From a cyanobacterium endosymbiont of Epithemia turgida isolate EtSB Lake Yunoko (GTDB taxonomy: Bacteria; Cyanobacteriota; Cyanobacteriia; Cyanobacteriales; Microcystaceae), in contig NZ_AP012549.1 of the NCBI RefSeq assembly GCF_000829235.1, positions 1,920,001 through 1,952,000 of the forward strand: a DNA stretch of 32,000 nucleotides, given 5' to 3'. The position numbers and the translations under genes are program-made. Below, piece by piece: positions 27,140 to 32,000 of this stretch; position 1 is the stretch's first letter, and each line of letters starts with the position of its first letter. The notes under the pieces were generated by a model that saw nothing but the letters and a program-made list of their open reading frames with translations, made no database searches and was not told where the DNA came from.

Positions 27140-27553
27140 CTAACGAACAACCTGAGATAAGATAGGAGATTTTTTGGTGTCTTCGGTTGCTATTTCTGCG
27201 GCCATTGCTGCCAATGGAGGGACAGACTTGGCAGAAGAACTGCGTTTTTGGTTGAGGTTTCTACGAGAACTCTTCGGCGATGGGCTGTCCATGGTGAAGG
27301 TATAGGCTTTCCAGTTGCTTTCAGGACTCCATTGAGAGTCTTCTGTTACTACTAAAACTGCTCCAGAAATCAGTGAATCACAAGCCGTTGCTTGGATACA
27401 AAAATGAGTCCAGGGAGAGCGCAAAAGAAAAACAGGAACTTGCTTCCCATTAGCACTACCATTGGTATAACCAATCAAAAAGCGACCTTCTTCAATGAAC
27501 GGTCCGAGTTGCGGATATTGTTCGAGGAGACGGAGGATTGCTTGGGAAGCCAT
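27140..27553 (-). CDS. Hypothetical protein with disordered S/K-rich C-terminus
   Basis: 137-aa ORF, ATG start. The N-terminal roughly 90 aa look globular; the C-terminal half is low-complexity. No family recognised. Confidence 0.5.
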   Translation of the reverse strand: MASQAILRLLEQYPQLGPFIEEGRFLIGYTNGSANGKQVPVFLLRSPWTHFCIQATACDSLISGAVLVVTEDSQWSPESNWKAYTFTMDSPSPKSSRRNLNQKRSSSAKSVPPLAAMAAEIATEDTKKSPILSQVVR

Positions 27554-27782
27554 AGATTAATATCACTAATTTAACTCAGAAGAGGAATCACAACGATGCT
27601 TACACTACTTCTTGACCATAAGGATAGAAACAATTGTGCACCAAAGTTAGTATCAAATGTGACGGAATCACCATTTTGTATTTTAATGTCATGTAAATTT
27701 GATAAAGCTATTCTCTATTTTAAGATTCAATAAACATAGTTGATTACTTTTTATTACACAAATCTTAAATTGCTAGTGTTTC

Positions 27783-28484
27783 TTAACTGGCTGGCACTTT
27801 TTTGACTGGACTCACTTTTGCCTTATACAGCAAATTTTTCCCATGACGATAGCCAATGTAACGAATGATGACAGTTTCTCCAGGTTCAACATAACCACTT
27901 TCTTCTAAAAATTGATGACACAGAGGATCATAGGGCACCTTTTCTCCTGCTACTGCAATTGTTTCAACGTTCCATTGTTTAAGTAAATCGATAATTGGTT
28001 TAACTAGAGGCAATAGTTTCATAGCAGAGAGTTGAGGATTTTTTTGGGCAATCATCGCTGCTGTTGGCCATTGTAAAAGCCAAGATTCTAGGACTTTTAA
28101 ACTAGATTTTTGAAAGTCTTTTTCTAGAGTTTCTTTTTGTTCGTTAAATTGCTGTTGTAATTGTTGATATTCTTGTCTAACTTTCTCTAATTCTGATAAA
28201 TTAAGATCTTGAGTTTCAAGTTGAGAAAGAACTAAGGACTCTAACAAAGATTGATCTCTACAAAATTCACTCAGTAGTTGTTCGATGGGAACTTTTAACA
28301 CTTTGGATAATCTTAATATATTTTCAATAGACATTTTAGGCAGTAAACCCACTAAAAGGCGATTTAACTCCCATTGGGAAACCTCGGAAATTTTGGCCAA
28401 CTGACTAAAGTTAGATATTTGCGCTTGCTGCATTAATTGCAACAACTTTTGGTGATTGGCTTGATAAGTTACTGATTGTTTCAT
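27783..28484 (-). CDS. HTH (XRE/Cro-like) domain fused to a GrpE-like nucleotide-exchange-factor domain
   Basis: 233 aa. The N-terminal roughly 70 aa form an HTH (ISNFSQLAKISEVSQWELNRLL). A coiled-coil segment follows. The C-terminal part aligns by eye with E. coli GrpE: NPQLSAMKLLPLVKPIIDLLKQWNVETIAVAGEKVPYDPLCHQFL...VEPGETVIIRYIGYRHGKNLLYKAKV vs [45 protein letters not shown]...[26 protein letters not shown]. Confidence 0.7.
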   Translation of the reverse strand: MKQSVTYQANHQKLLQLMQQAQISNFSQLAKISEVSQWELNRLLVGLLPKMSIENILRLSKVLKVPIEQLLSEFCRDQSLLESLVLSQLETQDLNLSELEKVRQEYQQLQQQFNEQKETLEKDFQKSSLKVLESWLLQWPTAAMIAQKNPQLSAMKLLPLVKPIIDLLKQWNVETIAVAGEKVPYDPLCHQFLEESGYVEPGETVIIRYIGYRHGKNLLYKAKVSPVKKVPAS

Positions 28485-28888
28485 AAAAGATTAGGATTTT
28501 TTAATAAATAACGTTTTTTTTTTCACTACGCTAAGTATTGTTTCACCGCATCAACCAATTCCTTGAATAACGACCATTTTGAGTTTACCCTAACTTTGTC
28601 TGTGTGTCTTGTCTCTAGTGCATAAGTCTTGACTCGTTACATTCTAGGAAAAAACAAATTGTATTATTAATCACAAAATTAATGTTATTAAGTTACTATG
28701 GCAATATAGTACTGGGTCTTTTTTTGCCGAAATTAGTTGTTTCCCTCGACTATTCTACGAAGATTCTCTATTTGTGTTATGGAAATACTAAAAACCCAGA
28801 TTTTTAGGTTCTATTCTATTGTGAGGGAGGAAAGCCCAGTCCGTAGGCTTATGCGACTCATTGAGAAAAATATGACGGTTAACTGCTA

Positions 28889-29938
28889 TCATTTAGTTAT
28901 CATTTTTAAACGTACTATTTTTTCCCCCGCACTATCTAGTTGCACCTCAATAACTTCACCGTTTAAAGATTCCAGGCAAGTTAACATTGCTCGTAAGTTA
29001 GGATTACTCGCTCCCGTATCTACATACAGCCGATCAGCCAAACTCCCTACCCGTTTCCAAGTAGTATAAAGCTTCGCTACGGCTTGTTCAAGTTGAGTGG
29101 CTTGTTTAACCAAATCAGCAGTCGTATTCAAACAATCCAATCTTAACGCCTCTTCTAACGCCATTTCTAGGTCAATTGAGCGATTTTTAAAAGTTTGTAC
29201 TTTGGCGGCCGCATCGAGATATTTTGCCAAATTTCGTGCTTCTGAAGTGAGAAGTTTAACAGTATTAACATCGGGACTTTCGGCAACTTCTTTTTGAATT
29301 ACGTTGAGGTGACTATCGGGCAACTTTTCCATCTCTTTAACTAAAGGGACTAAACTACTGACTGCTAGAGTTCCCTCAGAAGCTTTCTCTTTAACTTTAT
29401 CTGGAAGTAATTCCGAACTCATAGCTGTCCATTGATCAGAGAGTTGCTTAACTTCTCGTCGGGTAATGTGATCACCATTTTGGGCAGCTTCACTAACTAA
29501 TTTTTGCACTTCAGGATCGGATTTAGCTGTTTCGACAAATGCCCGTTTACTAAAATTATTGATGGAGTTTGGATTCAGCTGTCCTTCTGCCAATAGGGTA
29601 TCTGCACTATTAGCCAGTTGAATGAGAACATAAGCTTGACTTTTAGTGATTTCTTTTTGTTTAAGCCAATTGAGGAATCCAGTTCCTCGTCCGTCTCCAT
29701 TTTTTTTTTCACGATCACGGATAGCCCGTAAAATACGTCCTCGCCAAATATCGGTTTGTAAGTCAAAGTGCTCACAAATCTTCCAGACAGTATCTAGCTG
29801 TTGCTCAAACTCCATCTCCTGAATAGCTTCGTCTTCAGGATTAGGAAGCTGGAAGTTAAATTCTACAGGAGTTTCGAGGCCATTAGTAATTTCATTAGGA
29901 GAAGAAGGAACAGCGGTCATATCGATTTTAGGTGTCAC
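28889..29938 (-). CDS. Hypothetical alpha-helical protein
   Basis: 349-aa ORF, ATG start, non-repetitive. The N-terminal third (WRGRILRAIRDREKKNGDGRGTGFLNWLKQKEITKSQAYVLIQLA) is reminiscent of DUF3102/HTH-like modules, but this is a weak recollection. Confidence 0.6.
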   Translation of the reverse strand: MTPKIDMTAVPSSPNEITNGLETPVEFNFQLPNPEDEAIQEMEFEQQLDTVWKICEHFDLQTDIWRGRILRAIRDREKKNGDGRGTGFLNWLKQKEITKSQAYVLIQLANSADTLLAEGQLNPNSINNFSKRAFVETAKSDPEVQKLVSEAAQNGDHITRREVKQLSDQWTAMSSELLPDKVKEKASEGTLAVSSLVPLVKEMEKLPDSHLNVIQKEVAESPDVNTVKLLTSEARNLAKYLDAAAKVQTFKNRSIDLEMALEEALRLDCLNTTADLVKQATQLEQAVAKLYTTWKRVGSLADRLYVDTGASNPNLRAMLTCLESLNGEVIEVQLDSAGEKIVRLKMITK

Positions 29939-32000
29939 TGATTCAGTTGTTTGTGAGTGGAATCATGATAACTTGGTTTTAGAGTTTTTAACTATATCAT
30001 CTAAGTTGAAAGTTATCTGCATTTCGTTAAATTGTTGACTAATTGTAATGTAAGTTCGACGAGAATCAAAAATATAGTTTTTATTTTTAATATCTAAGGT
30101 TGACAATTATCTAGAATGGTAACTGCCAATAATCAAGACTAAAATTTTTTTTTAACCCCAAAAAGCCAAAAATATATTATGTTTCACACCTTCTCTTTTT
30201 CTAGTTTTTTTTAAAAAAATTATTTTTTAGCTGGCAAGAAGGTAAATAAAATTTTGATAAAAACTTGAATTTATTGAGTATTAAATTTTAGATATATTTC
30301 TGCGCTAGTTGTTAACTATTTTGATAAAATAATATTTACGAGGTTAACTATTGTTAATTGGTTTAACCGACTTTTGCTACATACAACTAAGTATTTAAAA
30401 ACTCAGTATACTTAACTATAAAATAGCTAAAAGACTCACGTAAAAGTAAAATAGATGAAACTAATTCTTATATTTTTTTTTGTAATTTGGTCAAAAGCAG
30501 TACACTAACATCATTGTTCAGCTCATACATTCAGCAAGACGACAATAGCTAGCTATATTAAAAAATACTTTTTGACAATTAGAAAAATATATTTTAAATA
30601 AAATTATTTTAAGATTCATATTCTTAGCTATAAAAAATAACTTGAATGCTTATAATTTTACAAGTCTTTTTAGAAGAAATTACTGTTAATAGAAGAACAT
30701 AACATAGAATTTATATATTGAAAAATTAGATTTAATATGCATTAAGTATAACATGAACTATCTAAAATGTACTTAGTAAGTATTTTATAATTTTAAATTA
30801 AGACACTACATTTAAATGTTCTGAGATTAAACTTAAATTAACTTTATAGAAGTTGACAAAGCATCAAAATTGAGTCAAAATCTTTTTGTCAATTATGACT
30901 GTCAATTCATTGATTCCACTTAATTGCTTTAAGGCTCAGTAACAACGTTCAATAACTAAATAAATTGTTTTTAATTCAAGAAATATACTTTTATTAGTTT
31001 TCTTTAAGTTTTAACTATTTTTAGATAAATCACGAAAATATAGAATAAATAATCACAAAAATAACCTTTAATAAAATAATTATGATTTAACTCCTGTTTT
31101 TTGAAACATAGCAATTTAAAATTGCAAACCACTTTATATTTATTAATAATAAATTATATTAGAAATCTGTCAAATTGATAATTTTTTTAATGAATGCTAG
31201 ACAATGAAAGCTAATACTCTTTAGCATTTATTTATAATTGTGCTCCCAATATAAAAGATCTTCAGTACGAAAAAAACTAATGAATTATGATGATTATTGA
31301 AAACCAGGGGATATTAAACTATTAGAAATAACAGATAAGGAATTTTATAATTATCATAAACAAGTTTTAGTTACTACTCAAAACCAGACCAGGCAAATTA
31401 AACTAATCAATTTAAGCGAAGTTAAATAAATTGCCACATAGGATATTATGAATATATATTTAAAAGAACTAAATATAAATTTAAGTATTTAGTATTTCAA
31501 AATAAAACTATGTAATATTTAATAAATAAGTAGTACATAACTCCTGTCTATACTAATTATTTCTCACTATACATAATAATCTCATTTTGTCTTTCTCTTA
31601 TCTTCGGTATCAGGGTTTTCTTTGCACCGAGCCTCTTAATAAACTACCTTGAGAAGGCATAGATAAACCTTGCTATTAAAATAGTAAATAAGCTTTTTTT
31701 AAAAAAATATTTTATAAATAAAATAGTTAAGTAGAGTACGCTGGTTAAATCATTATTGTTATTAGTTAATAATCTAGTAAACAAAAGTAAAAACTTGCAC
31801 TTTATGAAAATTAAAATTAAGTTTTTGGGGTTGCATAATAAATCGAAAATAAAAGTCTGGGAAGTTATTAGCTACTAATTAATTTATTAGATTAAGTCTA
31901 GAATAGCTGTTATTTACACAACAGATCACAATCTAAAAAACTCAGGTGTATTTCAGTAGTAAAATACCAAACTAAATGTTTTAATATTAACTCAGAGAAA
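29939..32000. other. AT-rich ORF-free desert E (at least 2062 nt, runs off the window)
   Basis: No ORF of 60 aa or more in any frame. Contains T8A7 (30205-30219) and T7A7 (31694-31707) blocks. Confidence 0.9.

Noticed and set aside
386-29775. Short track ORFs lying antisense to or inside longer genes: 386..607, 1518..1709, 5295..5489, 8237..8479, 11055..11252, 11750..11962, 15198..15422, 20061..20312, 20356..20601, 23813..24031, 27392..27574, 28737..29069, 29097..29297, 29575..29775.
   Set aside because: Each is fully or largely overlapped by a longer ORF with clear family signatures. The sequences are low-information and lack SD motifs. They are typical shadow ORFs.
3661-32000. CRISPR arrays or other regular repeat-spacer structures in the deserts.
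   Set aside because: No direct repeat of 20 nt or more recurs at regular spacing. The only tandem repeats have two units (24411-24446, 25209-25238).
3661-32000. Deserts as genes read with an alternative genetic code or stop-codon reassignment.
   Set aside because: All three stop codons occur densely in every frame of the deserts, and adjacent genes terminate normally with TAA, TAG and TGA under the standard code.

Overview
This is a chromosomal segment of an AT-rich cyanobacterium. The assignment rests on gene content: a clpR-clpP pair, a CikA-like kinase, an rpmH-rnpA-[PH-domain gene]-yidC-jag block ordered as in Synechocystis slr1469-slr1472, a BolA/CGFS-glutaredoxin pair, HypE, and two HIP1 GCGATCGC sites. 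I call 25 intact protein genes, all housekeeping or metabolic, none obviously mobile or defence-related. Hand translation also found 2 pseudogenes the ORF track misses: a cobN N-terminal remnant and a double-frameshifted PH-domain gene. I call one intrinsic terminator and one promoter candidate. I saw no rRNA, tRNA, CRISPR array, transposase or integrase. The striking property is the architecture. Only about 62% of the window is intact CDS. Five ORF-free, extremely AT-rich deserts (0.6-2.1 kb each, about 7.85 kb in total) separate otherwise normal genes. The deserts and other spacers carry unusually long perfect or near-perfect palindromes (28, 34, 35, 43 and 44 nt) and recurrent T6-8/A7-9 blocks. 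My best single interpretation is a genome under reductive evolution or relaxed selection, either symbiont-like or from a low-coding-density lineage, with the deserts as gene graveyards. The alternative is that the deserts encode non-coding RNAs or structural DNA. The least understood intact genes are the minus-strand trio at 27.1-29.9 kb: a 137-aa unknown, an HTH-GrpE fusion, and a 349-aa helical protein carrying an A10 tract. All homology statements come from reading the translations by eye, not from database searches.
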